This document shows positions 1 through 13,900 of a stretch of 64,000 nucleotides of DNA, one piece after another (the first letter of the stretch is position 1; each line of letters begins with the position of its first letter). The notes beneath the pieces were generated by a model, which saw nothing but the letters and a program-made list of their open reading frames with translations, had not been told where the DNA came from and did no database searches. The stretch spans positions 3,451,003 through 3,515,002 of the forward strand of contig MU058065.1 in the NCBI GenBank assembly GCA_013265495.1, in the 5' to 3' direction. Made by a program: the position numbers and the translations under genes. Source of the stretch: Vicugna vicugna (Eukaryota).

Positions 1-20
1 AAGAAAGCAAGCCAACATGG

Positions 21-403
21 TGTTATAGACTGAATTGTGCCCTCCCCTTTCATATGTTGAAGTTCTTACCCTCAGTGCCTCAGAATGTGACTGTATTTAG
101 AAATAGAGCCTTTAAAGGTGAGTAAGCTAAACGAAGGCTTATAGGGTGGGTGCTAATCCAATCTACCTGGTGTCCTTATAAGAAGAGATTAGGACATAGG
201 CAACACAGACAGACAACAGTGTGAAGACACAGGGGAAGATGATGATCTCCGAGTTAAGGAGGGACACCTCAGAAGAAACCTTCCCTGCTCACACCTTCAT
301 CTTGTTCTTCCAGCCCCCAGAACTATTTGTTGTCCAGAATTTCTACTGCTTAAGCCCTCCAGTCTATGGAACTTTGTTATGGCAGCCCTAGCAAAGTAAT
401 ACA
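21..403 (+). mobile_element. MaLR (MLT1-type) solo LTR with 5-bp target-site duplication
   Basis: Begins TG and ends CA. It has typical MLT1 motifs (cagaatgtgactgtattt, ggtgtccttataagaagag, gttatggcagccctagcaaa) and is flanked by identical CATGG at 16-20 and 404-408. Confidence 0.85.
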
Positions 404-1220
404 CATGGCCAAATGTTGCCAACCGTTGAATCTCAGTGGGGGATGTACAAACGTTCATTGTCCAATTTTTTTTCAACCTTTCTGCACATGGGACAATTTA
501 TGTAATAAAAAGTTGGAAGGACAAAACCTTCCAGGACATCTTCTATAGTCAACTGGCTCTGAAGAAAATATATTCAATCAATTATAATTGAATTCTGAAT
601 TACAGAGATTTGGCTGCAACCTTGTTTAAAGAACAGATGAGTAGTTGGAAGTTTGACAAACTAAATGAGGAAGCCATTTCTCACACCAGCAGTTCCATTG
701 TTTCAGATTTCAGGCCATTCCATCCAGAAAGACACTTAGCGACACCATCGGTTTGGTAGATAATTTTGTGCAACAGATTAAGAGGACAGTGCAGCAGTTG
801 CCTTGAGTTCCAGCTCTAAGTAATTTCAAAACAGCAGCCATGGCAGTTGGCAAACTTTGGGACACGATGACACGGATAAGGGACATCAATGCTGGAATCT
901 CCAAATAGTGCATTAACTCTGTCAGTCTGCCAATAGCTCAAACAAATACTTCCTGATAGTGTTTTATTGCTTCTTTAGCAAACAATTTAGGGGCCATGAT
1001 CACTGGATTTGATCCAAGCAAAAAAGCAAGTTCATTTAGTACATTTTGCTTGTCTTTTTTTCTTCTCTTCTGGTCTTTCCGACAATTATCCAGACACCCA
1101 AGTGTCCTGGCTGTGTCTCTTCTTCCTGGCATCAATGAGTTGTAAAAAGAAGTGATCACACAATTTACGTGTTAATATTCTTAGGGAGTGCTTGCATTTC
1201 TAAATGGCATCAAGATCCTA

Positions 1221-1421
1221 AGAGTGGTTCTCAACCCTCATAGCATGTTAATCACCTGGGAAGATTTAAACAAAACAAAATAACAAACTAAGACAAATGA
1301 TGCTGGGACATAAACTCCCTAAAACACTCTGATTTAATACGTTCTTAGGTAGGACCTTGGTATAAATATTTTTTAGAAGCTTCCGAGGTGGTATCAGTGA
1401 GTAGCCGGGTAAGAACAGTTG
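1221..1421. mobile_element. MER5-like hAT MITE
   Basis: gtggttctcaa...aatcacctggg...ctctgatttaat...agaagcttcc..ggtg pattern, about 200 bp. Confidence 0.6.
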
Positions 1422-1733
1422 CCTTCTCCTAACGTGGATTCCTAACCACAAGTCCAGGCGCTTCTGGGGGGGTCTCTGAAGAGCATTTCAAGGTTCTTTA
1501 AATCATCTCCAAAGTGATCTTTTTCTGATTTTAAAATTCATTTGAAAAACAATTATTTCTAAGTATACTATTAAAGCATCATTTCACTCAAAAAATGTTT
1601 AAAGTGTTTGCCAGCATGCGACGCTATTGTGCAAAAAGGGTAAATTATAATTATTGTAGTTGCCATGATATGACACCTAAAATATTTCCCCCCATTCACA
1701 ACCCCATAACATGAATTTCCACTAGAGCCCAGG

Positions 1734-3975
1734 TTTTTTTTTTTTAATTGAAGTATAGTCAGTTTACAATGTTGTGTCCATGTCTGGTGTACAGCATAAT
1801 GTTTCAGTCATACATATACATACATATATTCATTTTCATGTTCTTTTTCATTAGAGGTTACTATAAGATATTGAATATAGTTCCCTGTGCTATACAGAAG
1901 GAACTCGTTTATCTGTTGTATATATAGTTGTTAGTATCTGCAAATCTTAAACTCCCAATTTATCCCTTTCCAATCCCTCCCCGCCCTGGTAACCATAAGT
2001 TTGTTTTCTATGTCTGTGAGTCTTTCTGTTTTGTGAATAAGTTTATTTGTGTCTTTTTTTTTTTTTTAGCCACATATGAGTGATGTCATACGGTATTCTT
2101 CTCTCTCTTTCTGGATTAGTTCACTTAGAATGATGATCTCCAGGTCCATCCGTGTTGCTGCAAACGGCATTATTTTATTATTTTTTATGGCTGAGTAGGA
2201 TTCCATTGTATAAATATACCACAACTTCTTTATCAAGTCATCTGTTGATGGACGTTTAGATTGTTTTCATGTCTTAGCTATTGTAAATAGTGCTGCTATG
2301 AACATTGGGGCACATGTATCTTTTTGAATTGAGATTCCCTCTGGATATATGCCCAGGAGTGGTATTGCTGGATCATATGGTAAATCTATTTTTAGTCTTT
2401 TGAGGAATCTCCATGCTATTTTCCATAATGGCTGCACCAAACTACATTCCCACAAACAGTGTAGGAGGGTTCTTTCTCTCCACATTCTCTCCAACATATA
2501 TCATTTGTGGGCTTTTGAATGATGGCCATTCTGACTGGTGTGAGATGATACCTCATTGTAGTTTTGATTTGCATTTCTCTGATAATTAGCAATACTGAGA
2601 ATTTTTTCATGTGCTTAATTGGTCATTTGTATGTCCTCACTAGAGAATTGTTTGATTAGATCTTTTGCCCATTCTTGGATTGGGTTTTTTTTTTTAAGTT
2701 GTATGAGCTGGTTATATATTCTGGAAATTAAGCCCTTGTCAGTCGTCTCATTTGCAAATGTTTTTTCCCATTCAGTAAATTGTTGTTTTCTTTTGCTTGT
2801 GGTTTCCTTTGCTGTGCGAAAGCTTATAGTTTTAATTAGGCCCCATTTGTTTATTTTTTCTTTTATTTCTATTGCCTAGGTAGACTGCTTTAGAAGAAGA
2901 TTGTTAAGATTTATGTCAGAAAATGTTCTCCCTATGTTTTCTTCTAAGAGGTTTATAGTGTCTTGTCTTATGTTTAAGTCTCTAAGCCATTTTGAGTTTA
3001 TTTTGTATATGGTGTGAAGGAGTGTTCTAACTTCATTGATTTATATGTGGCTGCCCAGTTTTCCCTACACCACTTGTTGAAGAGACTGTCTTTTCTCCAT
3101 TGTATATTCTTGCCTCCTTTGTCAAAGATTAATTGGCTGTAAGTCTGTGAGTTTATTTCTGGACTCTCTATTCTGCTCCATTGATCTATATGCCTGTTTT
3201 TGTGCCAATATCATGCTGTTTTGATTACTGTAGCTCTGTAGTATTGTCTGATGTCTGGGAAGTTTATTCCTCCAGCTTCATTCTTTTCCTTCAGTACTGA
3301 TTTGGCAATTCTGGGTCTTCTGTAATTTCATATAAATTTTAGGATTATTTGTTCTAATTCTGTAAAAAATGTCCTGGGTAATTTGATAGGGATCACATTA
3401 AATTTGTAGATTGCTTTGGGTAGTATGGCCATTTTAACAATATTAATTCCTCCAATCCAAGAACATGGGATAGCTTTTCATTTCTTTAAGTCATCTTTAA
3501 TATCCTTAGTCAGTGTTTTGTAGTTATCTGTGTATAAATCTCTCACTTCCTTGGTCATATTTACTCCTAACTATTTTATTATTTTGGACGCAATTTTAAA
3601 AGAGATTGTTTCTTTACTTTCCTTTTCTGATATTTCATTGTTAGTGTAAAGAAATGCCACTGATTTCTGTGTGTTCATCATGTGTCCTGCTACCTTGCCA
3701 ATTTCTTTTATCTCCTCTAGTAGTTTTTGCGTGGTGCCTTTAGGGTTTTCTATACATAGTATCATGTCATCCACATATAATGACAGTTTTACCTCTTCTC
3801 TTCCAATTTGGATCCCTTTTACTTCTTTTTCTAACCTAATTGCTATGGCTATGACTTCCAGTGCTGTACTGAGTAGAAGTGGTGAGAGAGGGCATCCTTG
3901 TCGTGTTCCAAATTTTAGAGGAAAGGCTTTCAGCTTTTCACCATTGAGTATTATGCTGGCTGTGGGTTTGTCAGA
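1734..3975 (-). mobile_element. 5'-truncated LINE-1 (3' part of ORF2, 3'UTR and polyA), relatively young
   Basis: Poly-T at the left end. Minus-strand fragments resemble L1 ORF2 ([38 protein letters not shown]...[14 protein letters not shown]) and are broken by frameshifts. Confidence 0.95.
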
Positions 3976-4339
3976 TATCGTTTTGTGATTTGTTTTCCCC
4001 TTCTTAATTAGCAGTTAATCTGTGGGGTAATACTTTGGTAGCATGTGAACACCATACCAACTTTTTAAAACATCCTTATTGACATGTAATTTCCATATAT
4101 TAAACTACATTGTTTTAAAAAGTACAATTTGGTAAGTTTTGAAATATGTATACAATTATGAAATCATCAACACAATAAAGATAATGAACATATCCATTGC
4201 CTCCCAAAAAAGTTTCCCCTTGTCCTCTCCTCCCCTCCCCCCCATCATTAAGGCAAACACAGATCTGCTCTCTGTCACTATAGATTAAGTTGCATTTTCT
4301 AAAATTTTATATATAATAGAATTCCATAGTGTATCACAT

Positions 4340-4686
4340 GAAATCACTTTTTATGTGGAATCTAAAAAAAATGACACAAATGAACTTATTTACAAAACAG
4401 AAATAAACTCACAGACATAGAAAGCAAACTTATGTTTACCAAAGGGGGTGGGAAGGGATAAATTTGGAGTTTGAGATTTGCAGATACTAACTAACATATA
4501 TATAAAATAGAGAAACAAGTTCATATTGTATAGCACAGGAAACTGTATTCAATATCTTGTAATAACTTGTGGTGAAGAAGGATATAAAAATAAATATATG
4601 TATGTTCATGTATGACTGAAGCATTATGCTGTACACCAGAAATTGACACAACATTGTAAACTGACTACACTTCAATAAAAAAAAAT
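4340..4686 (+). mobile_element. LINE-1 3' end, same family as 1734-3975 but opposite orientation
   Basis: Similar to the reverse complement of 1745-2100 (ctcacagacatagaaa, gagatttgcagatactaac, cattgtaaactgacta); ends in aataaaaaaaaa. Confidence 0.9.
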
Positions 4687-4989
4687 TTATATATATACAC
4701 ATTAAAAAGAAACGATATCTGACAGCTGCCATGGTAACCAGGTAATCAAATTTAACATCACTAATGATGGGACAAACTGCCAGTAAGTGCCATGTGGGAC
4801 ATTCTACAAAACAATTTTCCTAGTCTCTTCAAGAAGTCAGTACATGGGGGAAAAATTGTTGAGGAATGACAAATGCCATGTGTAAACCTTTACTGAATTC
4901 TACTTTAAAAATAAAAGAAACAAAAAACATTTTGGAGAAGATTGATGGTAATTCAATAAGGATTAAAACTCTATCAAAATTTATGTTTG

Positions 4990-6420
4990 CTCCCACAAAA
5001 ATCTTCCCTCTTCAAGGTTGTACACCATATGCCTAAGTGAAAAGAAAATTGCTTACATACAATTGCAGCCATGTTATGAAGATTTATCTGGAAATAACTG
5101 GAAATGGTGAAGCAGGTTGTAGTTTGAAGCAGAAGAAAAATGAAGTGGTTCCTTAATGAGGTGGCATCACCCACTGCAGAATTAATACCATTTCTTCTAA
5201 GACCTTGAAAAAAAAAACCAAACTGTAGAGGGATTGTCAGCTATACCTTTAGTGTGGCCTACCCGTGGAATCACTTTTCGGTTTTCCTCCCTTGTGTTGT
5301 ATTGACATCATCAAAGAATCCTGTTTATAATCCCGTTTTAGATCTACAAAGACCATTGATAACATTAGAGTGAAGTTTGCAAAATGAAACACCTACTAGA
5401 AGAACAATCTTAATGTCCTCTGTAGAGACGGAATCCTGAGATGCTGGATAGAACATCTATCCTTGCAGCTTTGAAGAAGAAATGTATACACTTTATGGCT
5501 TTCTACTGAAGCAAACATTGATGGCAAAGGAAGCTGCCCATCTTCTGACAATAAACTGGGCAGTCCATTTTCCTGAAAGTCATCAACTTCATCAGACTCA
5601 GTAATTCAAATCACCACTGTTTCAAGGTCTTTGTTCCAAACAAAAAAGGGCAGTCAAAAATAATGTACTTTTCCTATAGGCAGAAATTTGCTGGCTTTCT
5701 ATGAGACCGGTCTTATTCACTTGAATGACCGTCAGGAAAAAAAAAAAATGGAAGGGAGGGACAGTGAATGTTGAGAGTAAAGAAACATTTACTTAGGACA
5801 TTTGGATATGGATGAGTTTATTCATGGTTTGACTTATTGGGGGAATACTTTTGATCAAATCAATGAGGTCATTTTTTCCATTCAAAGCCTTGCACACTAA
5901 TAGGAAAGCTATTGAGTCTCCCTCCTATTCAAATTGATGTTCTGAAAAAGGAGACAGGAGGAGGCAATTGCATTGACTTTTCAATGCTAGAAGATATGTT
6001 TTCTTAGGCTGAAGTAGAGAGTCCATTTTCTCCCAGCTTTTCTGCAGGCATAAGTCTGTAAATACCTGGAACCCAGTAGAATTCTTTTGATGGTTATTTA
6101 TGCTCCAGTGACCTTGAAATGGAGTATGTGTTCATGATCCTTGCTGACATCAAGCGTGCAGATTCTGCCAAAAATGACCTCACAAAGGAATGGATGCTAC
6201 ATGGATTAGTCCAAAAGAGTCCTGGAAAAGTCTGGTGTTCTTTGACTCAAGCCTGCCCTTGTCTTGCAAGCATTCGACGGGAGCTCTGATTCCATTAGTA
6301 CATTTGTGAACTGTGTATGTGAACAAGTTTTTATTACTTGTCAGCCAAATCAAAAGATGGAATCCCCCACTGAATGTCAAAGATGACATTTGCATTTCAT
6401 CAAATAGCATTCTACAATTT
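4990..6420 (+). mobile_element. Decayed hAT (Charlie/Buster-type) transposase coding region
   Basis: Manual translation gives collinear fragments: HTIA...EMVKQV (~5055-5120), a C..DG...ML-like stretch (~5420-5447), LTYWGNTFDQINEVIFSIQS (5829-5888, cf. LAYLxDIFxxLNxLNLSLQG), and CEQVF / LNVKDDICIS (~6318-6400, hAT dimerisation region). Many stops and frameshifts. Confidence 0.7.
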
Positions 6421-7989
6421 CAACCTCTCATTCAAGCTAAATAGCAGCAGCTTTGCTATTAAATTCACTTTTGAGCAGATTAAAGTTCATCTTTTATTTG
6501 TATGGAAAATTTCACCTTTGCATATCTTTGCAACAATTCTGTGTATTTTTCAAGAAATGGCTATTAATATGTGCCTGAAAAATGGGAGTGAAGCTTAAGC
6601 ATAAAGATTGTTCATATATTAAATGTAAAAAAATGAATTTCCTTTGTAGCAAGTGGTGTAAAACATTGTGGGTCTATGTTTATGTGCTTTTTCCCTGGGA
6701 TGTATATCATTGCTTCTCTTGGTTTCTCGAAGTAGTACCATAACTTAAAAATGATAAGAAATTCTGCTAAAAGAATGAAATTCCAACATTTCTCAGTGTC
6801 TAGGGCAGGATTCATAAAGCATCCAGCTTTTTCCAGTGCCCTGAAACTTCACCATTAATGTGATCTCCTTCATCATCTATGCCTAAGCTCATTCCTGTAG
6901 AGTCTACTTCTAGAAGTGAAAAGTCAAGTGTTGCTTAATTCTTTACAAATTTGTCTTTTTAAGCCAATTATTTTATCACTTTTTTATGTCCCTTGGCTTT
7001 ACTTGGCTGTCGTGATCCTCTGAGTTTATTATTACAGAGATCCGGTCCAATGCATAAGAAGCAGTAGGAGGGAAGTCAATCTTCATCATGTTTTTATATT
7101 TGAAGCCAATAATATCTCTATAATCTGAACATAATTTCAGTCTGCTACTGAAAATATTTCTGCCATTACATGGTTGACCCATAACTAGAAATGGAGACAG
7201 TAAAGTACAAACAGAGGGTAGGATCATTCTATCATTGATGTTGAATGACCACACATAGGGTCACACCTGCCTTTCTTTATTATATGAACCACTGATGTAT
7301 GAACAAAGATTAATGTGATGGAGAGGTACAAATTTTTCAAACTTTCTTAAATATTTATTAATTAATTAACAAAGTAGTTCAAAAGCTATGATGAAATATG
7401 AAAATCCCAAACTGAGAGCAAATGCCATTTTGTCTGTGGGTTTGTTTCAAATAGAAGTCACAATATTCTCACTCAGCCTCATTTACAGATGTCACACTAT
7501 TATAGTAATCTACTCCTCTCTACCATGCGTTTAATTACAAAGGTCCCCTCATGGATGCACTTGATCTCTTTCGAATCTATCAGTTTCAATATAGATTTTA
7601 GAACAAACTAATGAACTTCTCAGCACTAGCCTAAGTGCAACTGAAGCATTTCTCAAGTAGGAAACATAATATGAAATTTTTTTCTGCTAGATATAGAATA
7701 CAAATGGTAGAGAAAACCAAAATCTGTCCAATTTATTTTTCAATTGTGCTACTTTTCAAGCTCTCTCCTGTACATGGCCTCCCATAAGATGGGACTTTAG
7801 GGGCTCTGTAGAATTTCTAAAACGTTACAAAGGTCCTTACAAAAATTTTCTCCATTGACTTATCTGACATCTGGGAATCGATGCAAAGAGAATAATCCTA
7901 AATACTTAAAAAGTTGTATTAAAAATATTCATTGCAATGAAGACTATGATTTCTAAAATTTTAAAGTTCTTATAATTGTTTAAAAGATT

Positions 7990-10260
7990 AAAAATAATGT
8001 AAGCATTCAAAATAAGAAATATGAAAAATAATAAAGACTAATAAAAAGAAAGCAGGAGATTGGAATTAATGTAAAATCCCTGAAATTAATGAAGTAAAAG
8101 AAAGAATATGGAAAATCAAAAGCTGATACATTAAAAGGACAAATATTAACCCCTTGCAAAACTGATTAAGAAAATATATGCTTAGTATTAGTAATGAGGA
8201 ATAAGATAAAATCATTAAATTATTTTTAAAATTATAAAAATATATGTCTGTGGCAATAAATTTTAAACTATATGGAAAATGAGTTATGTACTACTAAGAA
8301 GAGAAAACTTGAACAAGTCAATAATCTTAGGAGAAATTAGAATTATAACCTAAGATACAGGATTCTTAAAAGCACCAGACACAAAAATAATAGCTGAGTA
8401 ATGGTTAATATTTAAAGAGCAAATAATTTCTATGTTTTCAAACTATAGCAAACTATAGAAAAATATGGAATTTCCCTCCATTAATTTTATGAAACTAGCA
8501 TAACTTAGTATCATATCCCAATAAAGATGGCACAAAAAGAAAACTATAGAGCAAATTCATCTACAAATTATCTAAATGGCCCAGTAAATTGCATCTCCAT
8601 ATGCATTGGTAATAATAACAGCTAACACAGCAGCTATGCTCTGCCAGACCCTATTCTAAACTTTTTACATCTATTAATTCATCTAAGATTCAAAACAACC
8701 CCACGAGGTCAATATTTTTATTACCTCCATCTACAGATAAGGAACTGAAGGCAGACAAAGTAGCCCTCCTTGGATCACACAGTAAGACTTCGAGTTGGGG
8801 TCTGAGCAGAGGCAGTCTAATACCACTGAACAAAACTGCTACAATTAAGCAGAACTCAGTCTATAAGTATCATTCAACTTCAAGGTATTCATCAAATTAG
8901 TTCATTGAACAATTTACTAAAAGAGGAAAGACCACATTATTACATCAATATCCAGTCATTTTCAACAAAAACTCCTAGTGGTAGAAAAGGAAATACCTCA
9001 ATACATTAAGGATCACTTATAAGAACATAACGACAAACATATTAAGCAATAACATATTAAAGTCATTTCCATTGAAATTAGGATCAAGAAGTGTGCCCAC
9101 AATTACAATGTCTGGTTTTAGCTGAAACACTGAGATAAGAAAGTAATCATAAAAATTGAAAAATTGGAGACAAATTTTTTTAATACTATTGTACATTCAG
9201 AGCAGCCAAGAGGCTAATATATATTTTTTTAAATAATAAGAGAACTGATAATGTAATTAGGTACAAGATAAATATATTTTTTAAAAACTAAGAATAATTT
9301 TATTTATATTAGCAATAACCAGTTAGGAGTAGAAATAGAAAAAAAATTCATTGATATTAGCTAAACCAAAAGCAAACAAACAAAACCCCACAACCTAAGA
9401 TGGCGCAGGACCTGTATTTGGAAAACTATCAATTTTGTTAAGGGATATAAAACAAATTCTGAACTAATAGAACATTTCCTGATCCTGTGAGGAAGTTTTA
9501 ATATTAGGAATGTCAAACATTTCCAAATGAATACAATGATTTAATGCAAATCCAATCAGACAATCAATGTTTTAAAACTATACAAATTGTATATAAAGTT
9601 TATATAAAAAGATAAATATCTGAAATGAGCCAATAATTTTAGAGAAAGGTGTGTGTAGAAGGCATGTACATCATTTTGCCTTGCCAAATATTAAAATTTA
9701 TTATGAAGCTACTGTGATAAAATGGTATTCTTATATGTTAGCCTAAAACATTTTATATTTAGTGTCTATGGGGCAATACTGAAAAAATTTAAGAACACTA
9801 TTTAAGAACAAGCTAACATGATTATTTTAATTATTTATTTATGCCAATATAGAACACTACTTTGATACATCACAGTAGAGATTGCTAATAGAGCAATGTG
9901 ATAAAATAGAATTAATCCCATGATGAATCCAAAGATCTAGGGTAGCTTGATCTATAACCAAGTTGGCATCTCACTTTAGGGTGATGCATTTGAATAAATG
10001 GTATCAGCATAATTTATTCTCCACCTGAAATACACCATCCAAACAATAAAATTCCATACTTATTTTCTAAAATTATGTCAGAAAAATACAAGTTGAAAAG
10101 CATATTGAAAAGCAAATAATAGGCGGGAGCAAAATAATTGTGTCATATGTGAAGGGCAAGTGTCATTTCGTCTAATGTACAAATTTCTCCTATTAACTCA
10201 TGAGAAAAAAAACAAACAAAAAAGCCCTAGTAAAAGATGGATAAAGATATAAACAGAGAA
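7990..10260 (+). mobile_element. Highly decayed ancient L1M ORF2 remnants, interrupted by a MIR at ~8610-8830
   Basis: A-rich + strand with residual L1 ORF2 phrases (attttatgaaactagcataac, tttaatgcaaatccaatcaga, ttattatgaagctactgtgataaaa). Confidence 0.55.
8610..8830 (-). mobile_element. MIR SINE
   Basis: aataataacagctaac...attacctccatctacagataaggaactgaaggcaga core. Confidence 0.6.
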
Positions 10261-10314
10261 TTCATAGGTGAGAAAATGTGATCATTAACAAACACGTGAA
10301 AATATACATAACCT

Positions 10315-10995
10315 TGTATTTTTCACAGACCTAGAACAAATAATTTAAAATTTTGTATGGTAACACAAAATACCCCAAATAGCCAAAACAATTTAAGAAA
10401 GAAGAACAGAGATGCAGAAATCATGCCCCCTGGCTTCAGACTATATTACAAAGCTACAGTCGTCAAAACAGTATGGCACTGGCACAAAAACAGACATATA
10501 GATCAATGGCACAGAAGAGAGAGCCTAGAAATAAACTCACACACTTATGGTCAATTACTCTAGGACAAAGGAGGCAAGAATATACAATGAAGGAAAGACA
10601 GTCTCTTCAATAAGTGGTGCTGGGAAAACTGGACTGCCATATGTAAAAGAATGAAATTAGAACATTCTCCAATATTATATATAAAAATAAACTCAAAATG
10701 GATTAAAGACCTACATGTAAGACCAGAAACCATAAAACTCCTAGAAGAAAACATAAGCAGAACACTCTTTGACATAAATCATAGCAATATTTTTTTTGGA
10801 ATCTGCCTTCTAAAGCAAAGAAATAAAAGCAAAAATAAACAAATGGGTTCTAATTAAACTTAAAAGCTTTTGCCCAGCAAAGGAAATCATCAATAAAATG
10901 AAAGGACAACCTACTAAATGGGAGAAAATATTTGCAAATGATATGACTGATAAGGGATTAATATCCAAAATATATAAATAGCTGATGCAACTCTT
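10315..10995 (+). mobile_element. LINE-1 ORF2 internal fragment
   Basis: Translates to [25 protein letters not shown] and [24 protein letters not shown], which are L1 ORF2 motifs. Confidence 0.92.
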
Positions 10996-13900
10996 GAGGG
11001 GGTAGAAGTAGAGGGCAGATTATTAAATTTTCTTAAATATTTCAGTATTATTTGACTTGTTATAAAACATGTCACTTTTGTTGTTTAAAAATGCAACAAA
11101 GTTTAAACAAAACACCGATAGGGAAAACACTCCAAATATTGGCACTGTATCACTTTACTCAGACAGTTCTAGAAGGACAACCTCCCAAAAAACATCATCA
11201 GCGGTAGTGACTGATTTCCCCAAGAATATGATCAGAGACTCAAGGAATTCCTGAACTGCGTTAAAACAGAACTATGAAGATGCAGAATAGTTACTGCACA
11301 GTATTTTTTTAGTAAACCTCATTATATCTCAAACACAAATATTTAAATTTCGTATAAATTAAAAAGATTTATGGTGAGTCACTATTTAAAACAGATTTAA
11401 ACAAGTAAAATATAGATAATAGGAAGATACCCCTACATTCCTTTTTTTTCCCTAATGAAAATTTACTCTAAAATATTCAAATAAGCATTAACACTATTTG
11501 CAAATGACTTAAATTTTCACTTAGAAATGATAAAGTTAATGCATTACCACCATACAATGAAATGTTGTGTTATGATTAAAAGTTACGTTTATGAAGATTT
11601 TATGCAAACTTAGAAAATGCTAGGAATATAATATCATCTTTTAAAAGTAGGATATAAAATTTATATGCTTATGATCACAAGGAAGAAAAATGACAGGAAT
11701 AATAACACGTGTTTTGTATAGAAAAAAATATTTAAAAGAAATAGAATAAAATGTTAATAAGTGGCTGTCATTGGGAATTGTGTATTATGGACTCTTTGCC
11801 CTTTTTTTCTATTTTCTGTATTTTCCAAATATTCTGGAATAATTGTTATTATATAGCACTTTATTTTTATAAATGTATTATAGCTTTATTTAAATTTACA
11901 GATATTATTAAAATATGAATGCAATGTTGCACTATTATTTATAATAATAAATTACTGTATATTATGTATAAACAATGACTTGACTTATACCTTGTTAAAT
12001 ATAGCATATTTTATACCTAAATAATAGTGATTATGATTTAGTAAGTGATTACTAATTGCTAGTACTATTAGTAAAAAATACTAATATTACTCAATACTAA
12101 TAATTATATAAGGATAAAATGTTATATATTGTAATAAAGTGAATTTCACATATGAAATTTGGATGGTTAATGTGTGAATTATCATATAACAATAAAGTTC
12201 TATTTGATATGTAAAAATAATGACTTTATATAGTCATTATTACATATAGTATTTTACTCCTTAAAAACAGTAACTGCTATTTAGTAAATAATCATTGAGG
12301 GATAAGGAATTGAATATCATAAGGCAATAAACAATATTTGGATAGTTACTCTTACCTTATAATTGTATAAAATATTTATTTCCTAGAGCTCAATGCTGAA
12401 ACCTTATAGATAATTTGCTTCAACTCTTAAACATGCTTCATTAGCAGTGTGGAATTTCAGCCTCCATTAATAACCCCTGTAGTTCTGTGCTGACATTCTG
12501 TGCATTATTAGCTTTAAACAGTTCTGTTCCCAGAGCCCATGGCTTTTGAAAATGTCATATTAAGTTCAGTAAAGAAGCATGACTATAAATCCAGTATAGC
12601 ACACTCGACCATGGGATGTCAGAGCAGAGAGACTAAATAACTACCATATAACTGATTCAATACAGAAAGGAAGTGGAGGGGAAAGCAGGAATATTATCTC
12701 ATGCAATCTCACTGGACCATCATTAGGCATCTCAGAGCCTGGGTTCCCCCCAGACTGTACCCAGATATCATCTCTCTAAGCGATCATACTATTTAGAGAA
12801 ATAATGACATGTCAGTAAAGAATGTCCCCATTTCTAATTCCTCCCTTCTGTACCTAGCTGAATGTTGGAGCTGTCCTCACCATGTCCATCTGCCAGCCAG
12901 TAAACTCGGTGGCAATAAAGAGATGAGTGAGCTAATGATGCCAAGGATCAAGACTCCTATGAGGACCAAAAAAGTGTCCCTTTTTTTTATTCTCTAACTT
13001 ACTAGAAAAAAGATCTCGATATTAGTATAATGTCTTGAGTCCCACCAGTGTCCAAAAAAGAGTGATCATTTGAGCCAACAGGGAATCCAATAAAGTCATC
13101 AGGTCCAAAGGAAACTTTTTCAGCATCCATTATGCACCAGGCTCTTTGCGTTTGAAGGCACAGGACTCATTCAAACGAGGGTAGGTAAAATGGGGAGGGA
13201 GATGGCAATGATTTAGAGCCTCAGGGAAATCTCCCAGAACCTAAGGGTCACATCAGGGCATGATTCTAGGAATAGAAAGAGTCCTAAACCAAAGCCGTGC
13301 CTCCATCTGTCAGGCCTTGCTGTCTCTGCCTGTGCTTCAATCTGCTTTTCACCCACACTGGCTCCCACTCTTGCCCTCACTCCCAACTTCTGCCTCCTCA
13401 TCTCCTACTTGACTTAATTTCCCTGTGAGTTTCTTAGTTCAGATTCTAGGCAAAGCGAATATGGTTGTTGAATTCATGAAATAATATATGCATGGGTGAA
13501 TGGATCAATAAATGAACAAACTCAGCATTATTCACGATACAAATACAATTACTCATCATACGAATACAGCATAAATACAAGTTACTTATTTGCCCCAAAC
13601 ATCCACAGGTAGAATTTTGCAAAGATGACTTTGCATAAATATATTGAGCCATCTATTTCATCATGAAGGAAACGTTTGATGTAATATTTTGAGGGTTCTG
13701 TTTGAAGTCCCTTTTATTTATGCTCCCAAACAATATCTACTAAAATAGTGGCATGTTGAAATAAAGTCCATTAAAATGTAACAAAACAAAATCTTATAAG
13801 ACAGGCACTTGTTGTCCTTTTCATTTCACTTAAGCTTTACAACACCTAAAGAGTAGGTACTATTATTAGACCACCGAAGGAAGACTATTAGGCACACAGG

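Noticed and set aside
560..1160. Possible processed pseudogene or exon suggested by short minus-strand ORFs
   Set aside because: No protein family recognised and no splice or poly-A hallmarks.
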